Origin: Lama glama
Taxonomy: Eukaryota
Direction of reading: 5' to 3'
DNA length: 63,646 nucleotides
NCBI GenBank assembly: GCA_028534125.1
Contig: CM052816.1
Span: 81,532,355 to 81,596,000, forward strand
Shown: piece after piece, positions 39,449 to 54,341 of the stretch
How positions within the stretch are numbered: the stretch's first letter is position 1
Layout: every line of letters starts with the position of its first letter
Translations under genes and position numbers: made by a program
Notes under the pieces: model-generated
Database searches by the model: none
The model's input: the letters and a program-made list of their open reading frames with translations, nothing else
Told to the model about the DNA's origin: nothing

Positions 39449-40349
39449 CTGCAGCAATAGCGTTCGTAAGGAGGAAAGTGACGGGGACCTTCATCCCCTC
39501 TTGTCTGGTGCCCCCCCCCAGTGTGTTCCCGCCTACTTTGAAGTGCTGGTAACAGCATCAGAGACCAACTTTAGGGTTGGTCTCCCAGATTTGGAGCTGC
39601 CCTCCTGTCCCTGCATCTCGCTTTTCTAAGCACTTTCCGCCAGCCTAGAGAAGGCACTTAGGCCCGAGCAGAAATCCCAGAAGCCAGACTGCCTTCATCA
39701 AGCCCTGCACAGTTGGTGTGTGTCTCAGTGAAAACTGAAGTCACGCCTGGGGAATCAAATTTGATTTCCTGCCAACCTTGGCTGCCCACGGCCCTGGAGC
39801 GTCACAGTCTGGTACTGACAGCTGGCACCACCCAAATGCCAGGCCTCACCGGAGACACGGAGCTGCCTGCCTTCCACCATGCGTGTTCCTGTGAGGGGTA
39901 CCCCCGCCTCTGGCTGGCTGGCTGCATCAATTCTAGCTGCCTTCATTGCCGTCTCCCGGATCCACTGTGGGGAGAGCGTTTCCATGGTGATGCCTCAGCC
40001 ATAGCAACAAGTATGTGCCTACTTTATGTGCTAGTTTGGAGAGGCTGGGCTGGGGTCCATCTCGGGGCTTGGAATAGGATTGTAAACTTGTCTTTTGTTT
40101 CTTACACATTGTATCATTGAAGGATGTCTGAGTCTAGTGGAAAGGGGCCCACCATTGCTTGGGAGTCTGGGGAAAGACCACATATTGAACTGCCACTTAG
40201 GGTTGAGGCCAAGATTGCATCATTGCCTTTGAAGATGAAGGGCACACCCTGTGGTCTGAAGGATACTAACGGGGGGCAGCAGAGGGGAGCAGCACCATTT
40301 TCTCAATAGCTGATTTTACTTGCTGTTAAACAGGAAAAGTGCCCACTAT

Positions 40350-40520
40350 AGTGGCTCTCAACTCTGGCTACACACTGGAATCACCTGGGGGTCTTAAAAA
40401 GATACTCACACCAGGCCCCCATCGCACAGAGTTTGACTGAACTGACGGGAATTTCCTGGTCATCAGGAGTTTAAAAAGCTTCCAAGTGGGATGCTCTCAG
40501 TGCACGGTAAGGAATAACTG
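40350..40520. mobile_element. MER5A-like hAT MITE
   Basis: agtggctctcaactctggctacacactggaatcacctggggg...catcaggagtttaaaaagcttccaagtg. Confidence 0.8.
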
Positions 40521-41732
40521 TGTGGGATCCGGTAGAGCCCTGGGCAGGGGGATTTTACAGAATAGGAATATGAAGAAATAGGTTTAAGCCCTGAACATGC
40601 TTGCTATTTGATAACTCTTAGAGGCTGGTTCGAGGCGAGATGCCCATAACGATTATAAATTTCAGGATAGTCTTCCATAATCTCTGGAAGCTGTTAAGAC
40701 TAAGTGCCAAGTGCCAAGTTACGTTTCCAGATCCCACTGAAAATATACCAAGCAGTCGCGACAGTGCGGGGACAAAGGTGAGCATGACAAGGTCTGATGA
40801 ATAAGGTGCTTCCTTGTACTGGGAAGGGCTTCAGCGTTCTAGAAGGATGAGAGCGAGACAGCAGAGCGGGGGGAAAACTAAGAACACCCCTGAGCCTGGG
40901 GAGGCATCTGGAAAAACAGATGCCTTCAGTGGAATCAATGCCATTTTCAGCAAAGTCATTACAAATAGCTCAGGCTTGAAGCTTGGCTTGATGGAGCCAA
41001 GTTGAGCAGGGAGGAGTTCAGCTGACTTCATCAGGGAGAGATGCTGAGAAGAAACAGAGTCGTCATGTCCCTGCCCCCCTGCCCCCGACCTGAGCGTCTC
41101 TAGACTCTGCTTTACCCTCTGGACTAACCCAGCCTTGCTCCTTAACTCCAAGGACTCCACAGAGGTCTGGAGTAATTAGCTGAGAGCAGTCATCAGCCTG
41201 GGCTTCAGAAATCCCAGTGGCACTTCGTTTGAGGAAGTATGTGGGATGGCTTACGACAGGGAGCCTTGGGATGCCAGGATGGAGGGCACACAGACCCTCT
41301 GTTTCTGAACCTCTTTTTGTTGGCTCTTCTTGATTGATTAAGGCGGCAGTCTCTGTTTTTTAAACACTTTGCCCCCTCATTTCCTTATGTTCATCTAAAA
41401 CAGGGAAGACTACAACCCTGATGTTTCCCAAGGACAAATCTCAGTTCTGGAATTTCTCTTTCAACACTGATTCTCCCAACAAGAGAATGTAAATGTGAAA
41501 GGGATTCCTTCTTAGGAGGGCATTTAGAGAAGCTGTCAGTCATTTAAAATCTTCAACAGTGAAGTTTAAAAAAACCCAAAACCCAGAGGTGAAAACTAAT
41601 TTGTAACACTGCTTTTGCAAGAAGCACCCACAAACACTAGATTTGATTTCCCTGACCCAGGTGATGACGGTTATTTTCGTTCATGTTAATCAGCTGCTCA
41701 ATACCCTGCCGATTGTTGAACTGATTTCTTAC

Positions 41733-42003
41733 CTGCTCCAGGCTCCAGGAGGCTGGACTTTCTGGACGACAAGCCCTTCCCATTGGCCAGGGGGAGCTCC
41801 TGCCTGGTGGAGGGCCGGAGCTGACCACTCCCTTTCTGGATGACCACGAGGACATCTTTGTGCAGCTGGGCCTGGTGCAGGACCTTCAGGACATCCCCGT
41901 GGGCTAAGCCAGCCAGTGAGGTGCCATTGACTGACAGAAGGAAATCCCCTCGGTGCACGGTCCCTTCCTGAGAAGCTGCCCCCTGAGAAAACACCCTGTG
42001 GAC
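41733..42003 (-). CDS. PDZD2: PDZD2 exon (271 nt), rest of PDZ5 plus linker
   Basis: Boundaries gtcccag|GTCCAC...GGAGCAG|gtaaga. Translates VHRVFSQGAASQEGTVHRGDFLLSVNGTSLAGLAHGDVLKVLHQAQLHKDVLVVIQKG...LEPGA. Confidence 0.96.
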
Positions 42004-42662
42004 CTGGGACAAGGAGAGGACAAAAGCCAAGTTCACGTATGACCTCCAGTAAAAGCCAAAGGGCAAATCTGTAGTAAAGGAACTTTTTAATGGCAAGTTT
42101 TCCAAATCATACAAACACTTGGTTTATGGACAACACTCCATGTGAGGAATGGGATTAAAAACGTCAGTGCCAGCACCTCAATACATTTTTTACTCTATTC
42201 TCGCTAGTGTCTAAAATGTGCCCAGCACTCCATGGGGCAGTAAGAATAAAAGGATGAAGACCTGGTCTTGTCCAGGGAAGGTGGCCTCCCTAGTGATTTC
42301 AAAGGCCTCTGAGTGATGACCTTGAGAAAGAAGTGATTTTATAAAGACCAAATGTAAATTTTGGTCAATTATTCCTAAAGCTTAAAACAATGAGACATTG
42401 AGGTGAATAATGAGGATACAGACCACTGTGTTTATATGTATTGGCATCTAATAGATCCATTCAACCTTGTACATCAGTCAGCTTTGTGTTAAAAATACGT
42501 ATCTTTATCAATGAAAACATGTACCACTGTTTGGTTTCTGTTCTGGTGGCAGGGAACAAACACCCGCATTCTTCGACCCACTGACGTGAATTCTGTCCTC
42601 ACCAAATTCTGAGGCTGCTTCAGGAGGGCCTCTCCCGGCAGCACCTCGCCCTCGTCACTTAC

Positions 42663-42764
42663 CACAACTGATTTTGGCTCCACGTCTGTCCCTCCTGCCA
42701 CACTGAATCCCAGACCTGAGCCTTCTTTTTTATTCAAGACTGTGAAGCAAACATCTTCTTTAGT
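42663..42764 (-). CDS. PDZD2: PDZD2 exon (102 nt), start of PDZ5
   Basis: Boundaries tctcactag|ACTAAA...GTTGTG|gtaagt. Translates TKEDVCFTVLNKKEGSGLGFSVAGGTDVEPKSVV, containing the GLGF motif. Confidence 0.96.
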
Positions 42765-44732
42765 CTAGTGAGAAGAAACAGAAGCAAGTCTATTCCTTGT
42801 GCCAAAGGAAGAAAGTCGGGATGTAACCCTCCCGTGGAACTGCAGAACCTGCCACCACTAACCCCTGGGGTTCTTCAGGAGCACTGGGGTCGGGGCCCCA
42901 TCCCAGCCATCCCGCATCACCCCTGGTGGTGCTCACGCGGAGTTGCCAGGGTCCCTCCTATAGCTCTAGAACCACAAGGTGGACTTGGACCAGGACAGGG
43001 TGGGGACAGGGGGCACCTTAGAAGCCATTCTTGGCACTAGATTGCGTGTTCCCAATCCTGATCATAGCACATAATTCAATCATAAAGGAGATTCTTTTCA
43101 ATTTAGCAAAGCCTGTGCTGTCAGCAGCAAAGAGGTGACAAGACAGGATGAGAGCACAATGAGGCCATCAGTTTTATGCCCTCCTCCCACCATGTTCATT
43201 GGCTATCAGGTGCAATTCATGAACTGGCAGTCATAAAATCCGAAATATGTTAAAAAAAACAAAGTGCATTAAAAGTACTTGTCAACTTGTATTGAGACTA
43301 GAACATTCTTACTAGGACCCTAGGGTTAAGCAACAAAAGACTGTCCTGTATTTCAATCATCAATCAAAACCTTGGAATGAAAGATCTTAAAGTAAGAAAG
43401 TTTGCTGGGCTAACTATCTGAATTTTGACTTCTTTCATCCACATGCTAGATACGGCTCAGCATAGGTTTCCCAGGGAGTGATTTGTAATCTGTCAATCCA
43501 ATTCACGGCAATAAAAAAAAATCCAGTAACCCTCCAGAATGGCTTTGACAGACAAAGTGAGAACATTGGAAGAGAAAACCACCTCTGGATGGGTGCTGGG
43601 AAAAGAACTCAGTATTTCAAAGAAACAGTGTTCAGTCGTCCGAATAAGTCCTAAAGAGTAATCCCGAGCATCTTACACCTCTCTAAAACAGCTCATTCAC
43701 ACCAGGGCTCCATATGCTGACACTTGAATATCCCACAGAAATGGAGGAGGGGATTTTGACTTCATGGGCAAGTTTAAGCATGTATGTGCTCAGACACTGT
43801 TCACTGGAGAGGAGAATGAGGACTAGGCGTTCTCAACTAAAACAGGAACATGTGGTCTGGGACATCATCTCTGTGCAGCTTCTGGGAAGTTTGATGCAGA
43901 AACAGAAATACTCCTCAGACGTGTAAATGCCTTACTGGAGTAAAGAGATTTGAAAATGGGACTCTCCTGCATTCCAGGACATGTCACCAAAACTTTATTC
44001 AAATTATTTTTTCCAGTTGTCTGAGGACACAAGTGTCCTAGAAACTGACGGCCAGGCCAAGTCTTGCCTGTCTGAGGCTTAGCACAGCCTCAGGGAAGCC
44101 AGACCCACCCAGAGCTCTCCAGGGTTTGGAGGGTATTGAAATCAAAGTCCAGGGCTTGTTTCCTGAGTGTCTAATCTCTCAAAGTGCCCCAGAGGCCACA
44201 GGAAGTTGTCTTGTGCAGTTCCATTTAAGATCATCCTCATTACAAAAAAAGCAAGGCAGGAAACTTCTGAAGAGGGCAAAGAAAGGACATCTCTACTCAC
44301 GGCTCCTCTCTGACATTAACTGATGGCAGTGAGGAAAGAAGGAAAAGAAAGCTGCATTCTGATGGAAGTAGGAGTCATCTTCAGTACAAAGCCACAATAC
44401 CTGCTGGTGGTGAATGTGGAACCAGGGTGAGGGGGTGAGGGAAGCCCGAAAAACCCTAGGGTGGCACTCAGTGCCCTGTCCGCACAAAAAGTCTCTGCTT
44501 GGTTTGCAGTCCCTGACAGGTGCGTGTCTCACTTACGAGTTTAGCTGACACTTTCTGGTTTTCTTACATCTAACACTGTAAGATGTCTGGAGCAAAGACG
44601 GCCTGGCAAAGCGTGAGCCCACCGAGCCACCTTGGCTCAAAATCCCTGGGTAAGACTTTCATGCTTTGTAACTAGTTGAAGGAGGATGGGAAAGGATAGA
44701 CTAAACTCTCTTATTGAAAGTAAAAAATGCCG

Positions 44733-46126
<1,394 letters not shown>

Positions 46127-46921
46127 CGAATGTCTCAAGGTGCTTCCTTACTGCACAGACCAAACTAGGGGCTGAGAATCCAAAGGGAGTGGATGCTGAA
46201 AGGACATGGTCTCCTCTATTCCACCCCATCTCCTCTCTGTCCGGCTCACTCATTAGATGCCAACATCATGGCCCTTCTGGGTAATATAAGAATTTCTGAA
46301 ACAGTGTTCTCAGGTGGTTATCAATGACCCAGGTATATTACAGCCAAAAAAAAATTGTTCATATTTGCTTTTTCCTCTAAAGTAAAAATATACATTTATT
46401 AGGACTCAGATCCCCATAAATAGTTCTGAGAAATCAACGTGCTTCAGAGAAGTATTCTAGATATGAACCCATGGTTTCTTTGACATGCCTACTCACTGGG
46501 CTGGCGTAGGGCTATGCAGAGGTGAACTCCCATTTCCCCAGCAGGGGGCTCCCTTGACAGGTAGTTTGTGTCCACTGAGGTGAACAGAGGAACTTGTGAT
46601 CGTTCCCCAATGGTTCCAAGATGCCTAATCCTATTTGGAGGATGTGCTCCAGACAAACTACAGGTGTGTGTGTGTGGGGTGGGGTGGGGAGGACGGTAAC
46701 TAGTCGCTACTGGGGAATTAAAACCAATCTGGCACCTAAAAATTCAAGTCAAGGTTTAGCTTCTGAAAGCAAGCTACAAGCAAGAGAGACAGAAGTCAGA
46801 CTGAGCTGGAGAACTTACAACACGGGACTCGAAGGGTTCTCCTGGGCCCCCTGAGCTCAGGCACACACGCGCACTAACGTGGTAGCTGGCTCACCTTGCT
46901 GTGTTTTCTGTATTCACTCAC

Positions 46922-47039
46922 CTCTGATTGTGCTTTCGCTTCCTGAATGAGAGTTTGGACAGTAGATTTTGACCCCACTGATGACAAAACAGACTGCAGT
47001 CTTTGCTGATCCTCCGCTGACACCAGAAGTTGATGCAAA
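46922..47039 (-). CDS. PDZD2: PDZD2 exon (118 nt)
   Basis: Boundaries gtcatttag|TTTGCAT...TCAGAG|gtgagt. Translates (N)LHQLLVSAEDQQRLQSVLSSVGSKSTVQTLIQEAKAQSE. Confidence 0.95.
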
Positions 47040-47614
47040 CTAAATGACATAAATACATGTGAAGAACGTTAAAGAAAAACGCGCTTTCTCCATTTTGTAG
47101 GATGCATTTTAAATGATCTGCTTTCTACCAGATTGCAAGTATTTTCTGATTTTCATGCTTTCTTTTGGTCAAAACTCCCATTCCAAACTGAAGAATCCCA
47201 AACGCTAAACAGAAATTTCATTCATGCCAATGGAAATGGGAGTTCCTATGGATCCTGGGATACCGCCAAGATGTTAGGGGACCAATGCTGGAGTTTAACA
47301 GAAAACTTCAGACATACTAAATATTCTACAGGCTCCAGTGAAATCTTTTAAAACATTTTCTGTTTGACTCCAGTCACTTTCAGAGACCCTGATCCTCCCT
47401 GTCCTGCCATCTCTGTCGTGGCACTTTTGCATGAGTACCATGTCCTATAGAAGCCTCTCTTTAGAGCAACACTTTTCCCTGTAAACACTTTGTTTTTCCA
47501 GTAATGATATTAAAAACAAAACTGGATGCTGGAATAGCAAAAAGGACGTTAGTGGATTTTATTCAGTGAAATCAGAACAAAGGCTGTCGTTCGGCTAATC
47601 ATGTCACACAATGT

Positions 47615-47762
47615 TAACATCTTTTGACATGTGGACCGTGGTTCCACAGAATGTTAACATTCCGAGGAGCTGGGTGAGGGGTAATGGGAACTCTACTCTG
47701 TCTTTGCAACTTTTCTATAAATCTAAAGCTAGTCCATAAAAAAGAAAGTTTATTTAAATAAA
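47615..47762 (+). mobile_element. L1M 3'-end fragment
   Basis: atgggaactctactctgtctttgcaacttttctataaatctaaagctagtccataaaaaagaaagtt. Confidence 0.75.
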
Positions 47763-47783
47763 AGGGGAGGGCTGGATACTTAC

Positions 47784-50700
47784 TTAACTGACCAGCTTTT
47801 TCCGAAAGGCAGATCCTGGGTGGTCTCACCCGCATCATGGGATGAACCGGGTGCCCCAGGCTCAGCGGCTTTAGGGCTGCTTCCCCCTGGACAGACCCTG
47901 TCCACCCCCTTCACATGGCACGAGAGGGCAACGGACCCGTGGAGGCCTCCAGCAGGGGAGCCAAGCGACCTCCGGGGGACGATTTCCAGCTCGGTCTTGA
48001 AGAGCACAGCCGTCGGCCCAGCTGAAAAGTCCTCACCACAGAGCTTGTCCAGGTCAGGCATGCTCAGGGCCCTCAGCTCCTGGAGCTTCGAGCGGGATAG
48101 AAGCGAGGCCTGGGTGTGACGCACTGAGGACTTGTTCCTCTTGGCGGGAGAGGCCGGGGCCACCGTCGGGGCAGGGATTCCTGAAGGACCAGGTGATCTC
48201 TTCGGGTCCAAATCAGCAACCTTGCTACCAGTCTCCACCAGGCTCTGCCGCGAGACAGTCAGCATCATGCTGGAGGGGGACTTGGTCATTGGGGTGTTGA
48301 GGGTGCTGGCTTCACCTTGACTTTCACTACAGGAACTCAGGCTGCGTCGCAGTGACCTCGCCGTTGGATCACTGGAGTGGCCGAGGCTTCCAGAAGCCAC
48401 GCTGCCAGATGACCGTCTCCCAACGGGAGGCTTGGAGCTGACTGACAAGAAAGGAGAGGCCCCAGACTTGGCTGCGGGCCGGTCAGAATTGGCCAAGTTC
48501 TCAAAAGATTTGATCCTCTGCTTCACAGAGAAAAATGAGGTAGATTCGGGGGGCCAGTTCTGCTCGGAGTAGTAATGTCGTCTGGTGACTTTGATTTTGT
48601 CTGTGAGCAGGCAGCTCGTTTCCTGCACTGAAAGGGCATCCCCCTCATCTGTTGTTGGAAGGTTCCTCGACGTCTCCAGCAGGGGCTTTACACTGTATAT
48701 GCCCTGTCCATTAACCAGGCCGAGAATACCGCCTCTGGACGCCTTGGCCTCGAGGAGGCCCCCGCTGGTCACGGGGATCTGGCTGTCCCGTGGGGACCGC
48801 CCTGGGCTGTGCAGGACATGGCCCTCCCGACCAAAATGGCTGGAGAACTGGGCCGGCATGGAGTAGGTTCTGGTCGCTGGCCGTGGTGTGAAGTAGGGAT
48901 GGTCATCGGGCGCCGGGCCCACTCGCGCACCATTCCTGGGCATCCCCAGGGAGTCTGACATCTGGTATGACTTGCCGTGGCAGGAATCTGCCCTTCTGGT
49001 TGGCAGCTGTGGGGAGGAGGAGGAGGAGGTCAGTTTCGCCACAGTGAAAGATCGCTGCGTCTCCTGCTCCACCTGCGAGGCACAGGACGCGGGTGTGGAT
49101 GGATGGTTTGCGGACGATTCCACTGACTGGTGACAGAGTCTGATTTCACTCATCTCCTGACAGTTGCTCTGGGCCAAGAACCCTCTTTCAGTTGGCTTGT
49201 CACCACATGCATTCTTTGGCATTCTTTCAGAAGAGAACTCAATGATTTTCAGCTGACTGGTTCTTTCTAGGGGCTCACCTGCAATTATTCTGCTTCTTTT
49301 GTCGCCACTCACCTCAGACTGGGCAGCTTTTGCTGCTGAATCTGTTTGGCTGGAGAGGGGCCACTCGCCCTGCCCAGGAGAGGGGGCCTCCTGCTTGCCA
49401 GCCCCCATGGACGCGCCGCTCCTTGGTGCCGCGGGACTCGCCGGCCCCGGGGCTGCAGGGGGAGCCTTACTCTCCGGTCCACACTTCGGAGACCGGGGAG
49501 TGGCCGGGCAGCCTCGGTCGGGTTCTGAGTGGACAGCTGGGTGGGGCCTACTGCATGCACTTTGCTCAGGAAGAGTCTTGGGGGAGGTCAAGGGTGAAAT
49601 GAACATCCTAATGCTGGTGTCGGACGCCGAGGGCTTCAGGGAGCCTGGGGCCCCCGGGGGCGGCTTGCTCTCCAGCACACCCTGGGGAGACTTGGGGGCA
49701 GCTGCGGCAGTTCTGTCTGGTTCCTCATACTCAGCTGCGTGGAACCGGTGTAACATCCCCTTCGAAAGCATTTTGTGGGAGGTCTGGGGTGGAACAAGGG
49801 CCTTCCTGTGCTCCGCACCCCCTGCCTTCCCTGTATTAGCAGCTGAGACCTCAGAACTGACTTTGCTTTTGCCTTTGATGCTCAGTTTCTTCAGCTTAGG
49901 ACCTGATTTGGGCTTCTGACAGTTACTCAAAAGGGTTTCCACCGAACTTTTTTTAGGTGGGTCTTTATTCTCAAGATTCAGCTTCAGCGGAGGAGGGCTG
50001 TCAGGCACCGCAACCCCCTTTTTGTGGCTTGAGCTCAGCACCTGGCTTTTGGGGTCCGGACTTCTGGCTGGCATCGTGGATTGCTCCTTTTCGGTTTTGC
50101 TCTGCGAATGTGTCCCTTGGTTGTTTTTATTAATTTCTTTAAACCAAGCCATGATGGGCCGCCTGGAGACTGTTTTCGGCTTCTGCAGCAAGTCATCGAG
50201 GTCTTGACTTTCAGAGATGTGCAGCTTTGCCAGAACCGATTCTCCATTCTCAGGGACACACACCCTGGAGGAGGACCGATTTTCATTTGAGTGAACATTC
50301 ATTTTCTGCTCTTTACATGGGGTCTTGTCATCTAGCTGGTCACGTTCCAAACCATTCAGCATGTTGGGAGAGCTGGGGGTGGCCTGGGGGTCGAGGACAG
50401 GCCTGGTGACTGGAGAAGACCAGGCATCTTCCCCTGCGGAGCGAGCACTGGCGGCTTCCCTGGTTTGCTCCTCACACGAGGGCCTGTGGTTGGGTGAGAT
50501 CCTTATGTCTGCAGGAGAGTCCTGCTGCTGGGAGCTGCCATCCGAGTGAGGAAGCGGCTGGGGGGCGCCTGGGGCTGACGGGCCTGAGGCTCCTGGCACG
50601 AAGGAGGCTCCCTCACACGCATCTCCCGCCGCGTGGCTCAGGGTGCTGGGTTTCACTGGCAGGACTCTGGCTGAAGCCGGGCAGGGGGCCGCCTGAGTAG

Positions 50701-51846
50701 GAGCAAGTGCAGTAGCTGAGGGCAGAATGGGGGATGCGCTGGGGGAACAGATTTCAACCTGCTCCTCCTCAGACTCCGTTGTGTCTCCCTGGTGAGGAGA
50801 CCCTGGAGGACAAGGACGAGGAGGGGACCAGCCATCCCTGGTGGGAGCTCGTGGGGCTTCGGTGAGTGAGTCGGGGTCTGAAGACGAGTCCTCAGCATCT
50901 CCATACATGGAGGAGAGAGACGGCTCTGTGCTGTCGCCCAGGCCTGATAGGGACGTACTGTCTTCATGGAAATTGCTCAGATTTCTAGAGTAGTTGCTCA
51001 GAAAGCTTTTGTTCACAGTAAAATGTCTGTCGGGATTTATGGAGTCCAAAACCGAAGGCTGGGAGGCCCATTGTGGGGGAGGGGCCTGGCTGGAGACCCA
51101 GGCCCTCCTGGGAGTGGGGGTGGGGGTCTGGGTCCCTGAGGCCGGTTCAGCCTGCTGGGGGCCTCCATGTCCCGCACCTGCTGCCCGCTGCCCGAGAGCA
51201 GTGCCCTCTTGACTCAGCCGCTCCCCTTTCCCAGGAGACTGGAGCCTGGTTCCAGAAGCATCCAGCTCCTTGATGAGCCTGTCAATGTCAGTCACAGGGC
51301 TCTCCCGGAGCTCCCCAGGGCAGCCAGGCCCCGAGACACCACTGCACCCGTCCTGGTCCTGGGCCCTGTCACTGGGCAGTGGTAGGGAGGGGCTGGCCTG
51401 CAGTACTCCCGCAGACCCGGGGTCTGTTCCCTGGAGGAGAGCTGACTCCCGGCAGTTTTCAGGCATAAAGGTTTGCACAGCCTTGCTGTGTTGACCTGGA
51501 GCGCCGTGTCTCTTCTCCTGTGATGGGAGGTCTAGTGACAGCTGGGCATTAGCTGGAGATGCCCCCTCGGCTCTGGGTCCTGCGCGCCCGTGGGCACCTG
51601 CCTTCCTGGTGGTGTCAGGCGAGCTGGCCTCTGGGGCTGCTCTAGTCTCGCTGAGATCAGGCCAAGCCGCCGCCGTCATCCCTGGGGATGTGCAATCCTC
51701 AGACGCGGGGACCCTGGGTGACCCTGACTCTCTGGGGTCCTCAGGTCTCCTTGCTTGCCCTGTGTCCACTGAGGTCTTGCTGGGGTCAGGGTGAGCCACC
51801 TCCTTCTGCCCTGGGGAAGGGACAGAGTCGGGGAAGCTGTCCAGTC
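47784..51846 (-). CDS. PDZD2: PDZD2 giant exon (4063 nt), Ser/Pro-rich disordered region
   Basis: Boundaries tctcaacccag|GACTGGAC...TCAGTTAA|gtaagt. Uninterrupted frame (ORF 47780-51988) with PDZD2 motifs QPSVLDSINPDRHFTVNKSFLSNYSRN, RRPIMAWFKEINK, FFSVKQRIKSFENLAN and LRALSMPDLDKL. Confidence 0.97.
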
Positions 51847-52804
51847 CTGGGTTGAGAAGGTAAACAAAAGGTGGAGTGGTGGGGGAGACAAAGGGGGGAA
51901 GGTAAGAAAACAGAAAACCACTCAACTGAAAAAGTGAAAATTGTAAAACAGTTTCAATTTTTTGGTTTTTTTTAGAAAGACATTCCACAGCCTAAATGTA
52001 GGCCTCGTTGTTTTTGTCTCTGAAATTACAGAGCACTCACATTGAACAAATACCACCCTGCTTTAGAGGCTCTAGAATAACCCAGACGGGCTGGCAGAAT
52101 GAACCTTCGCCTCTGCCCTTTTTTCCCTCTCTTTTGGTTGTTTTTACGGATGGGGGACACTGGAAATTCTTCACGTGGGTTTCTGTACGCCATCTGCCCT
52201 CTGACAACAAAAGGCACAGGGGTCAGGCCGCTGTTCTGTTTGATTCCTTAATTTCAGCTGATTTTGATTCCTAATTTCAACCACCAGGAGACCAGATTAC
52301 CCCAGGAAGCTGTGACAGAAGGGTGGGGACTTGAGTGGGGTTCTGGAGGGTCAGCATGACCACAGAGGGATATGGAGGAAGGTGAGGAAGGAAAGGGAAT
52401 CAAAGCAGAGAAGCAAGAAAGAGCATGGACTCTCCGAGGCGCAGGGTAAGATGCCGCCTGCCTGGAGATAGTGGGAAACAGAGTCATTCCATGAGCTGGG
52501 TTCCGGAGAGCCACTCCGTCCTGGGGGTTCCTCTTCCAAAGGCCTACATACCCCTGGGTTTATCTGTCCACCTCTGGCACATGGCATCTTATAACAGGTG
52601 GAGAAGCTGACATAACAAAGCACACGAGAATTTTCGTATTTTCTTACAAACCCTGGGTCTGAGGTTGGAGTAAAAAACTCAGTCAAATCAAAAGCCCTTG
52701 CTTTGAGAAGTATGTCTCTCGCAAATGCTACATTCACTCCACATCTCCCATGCAAATCATCCTAGCCGCCTATGCCTTTTCCCCACTGAAGTTCCTACAT
52801 CAAC

Positions 52805-53000
52805 AATTAAGAGCTAATTATTAGGACTGAGCACTGTGCTAAAAGTTTTCCATGCACTTAATTTTCCTCTCAATACTGTGATCATCTGCATTGGACCAGT
52901 GGGGAACCGAGGCACAGAGTGGTTAAGCAGCGTATCCAGGATCACAGAGTCTGTGGTCACTGGCGCCATAGCCCACAGTTACCTAAACCCTGAGCACGAG
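52805..53000 (-). mobile_element. MIR SINE
   Basis: gcactgtgctaaaagttttccatgcacttaatttt...ggaaccgaggcacagagtggttaagcagc. Confidence 0.75.
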
Positions 53001-53985
53001 AGGGAGGGAGCAGAGACCACGACAAGGCTGGCTCATCAAGACACCCACAGAGACAGGACATAACTTCCCCGGGTCCCCGAGGAAGGCCGGGGGCACACAG
53101 TTCCTACCCACGGCCTCCTGCCTTCTCTGCTCAACCTTCCTGAGCTCCCTTCAGCGTGACTTTCCTGCTTCTGCAGTGCCAATGACGGGGAAAAGCAGCC
53201 GCGAGACAGGAGCAGGGGCTGTAAGGCCGTTTTTCCGGCCAATCCCCTTGCTGAGCAACCCCTAAAATGCTGTTAGCGGCTTGACTTTCATGCAAAGTGC
53301 ACAACGTAGAAGGAGATGAAATTACATGGAGGCAGTCACCTTTCAAAATATCCATTCGCTAGGAAACCCGCCAAATGCCCCATAACAGGAAGAAAGCTGG
53401 CCCGAGGATGGCGCACCATGGGGCAGAAAGCTCAGCAGCCTTTACACGGATGCCGTCCGTGGGGAAGGACCAGAGGGTCTGGTGCAGCCTCCTAACTGTA
53501 AGTGTGCTGACGCTCAGGACCCGGGGCTGAGGACAGCCTGCAAGGCCAGCGCCAGGCCTGCGCGCCCGGAAGCATCTTGCTGACCGCAGCAGGCCCCTAG
53601 GCTATTATTTTCCACGGATGCATGAAGTAGAAAATACTATTTTTCCTCTTGTCCGCTGTGGAGGTTTTTCCTGCCATTTTCCATTTGATTTCACGTAAGC
53701 AGAGTGCTGAGTTGCTGAAGGGTAGGGAATCCTCCTGTTTCATCCGTGCCTCATTCGCTAGGTACATGTGACAAAGTGGGTCAAGACTGGCTGAACATGT
53801 ACGCACGCGACGTGGAATTAAAACTGTGAGTTTAGGCACAATGATCTAGTAAAGGTGTTGAATGCAGGTGGGTTTAACTGTCATGAATCGTAAGATTTCT
53901 CTCCCCCTCAAAATTCTCCACATTTTTATGATGGTAACTTCTACCCTCTCATCCTGAAGTGTAACCATTGATAAAATAACCTTAC

Positions 53986-54130
53986 CTGTCCTGGGCTGTT
54001 GCTCCTGCCCCGGCGCAGCTTCAGGCAGGTTCTCTGTGGGGTGGCTGGCAACTGGGTGGGGCAGGCCACCAGCTGGCCCTCCATCGGTGGGGACTCCTCC
54101 ATCCCCAGTGGGCAGCTTTCCCAGAGATTC
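53986..54130 (-). CDS. PDZD2: PDZD2 exon (145 nt)
   Basis: Boundaries cttctgccag|GAATCT...GGACAG|gtaagg. Translates ESLGKLPTGDGGVPTDGGPAGGLPHPVASHPTENLPEAAPGQEQQPRT(G). Confidence 0.93.
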
Positions 54131-54341
54131 CTGGCAGAAGAACAACTGTGAGTCACTGTCAAAGGCTTTCAGGGTTTCTGTGTCCTAAGACATCATATGC
54201 AAAGAGTTGATTTGGGAAAATTCAAGGAGCCCAGGACTAGAAGCCACAAGATCAGATTCTGGGCTTAAGGTCCCCTAGAAATTTCATCGTCTTGTCCCTC
54301 TTTCTCAGCCTCAGTCTTCTTCACTTTAAGATGTGGGTGAT

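Noticed and set aside
47820..51794. Numerous plus-strand ORFs (up to 206 aa) over the giant exon, and 58469-59088
   Set aside because: Antisense shadows of GC-rich PDZD2 coding sequence, with no independent gene signals.
51847..51988. N-terminal 47 codons of the 1402-aa ORF as a separate gene start
   Set aside because: This is the intronic polypyrimidine tract upstream of the acceptor at 51846; the ORF is an internal PDZD2 exon.
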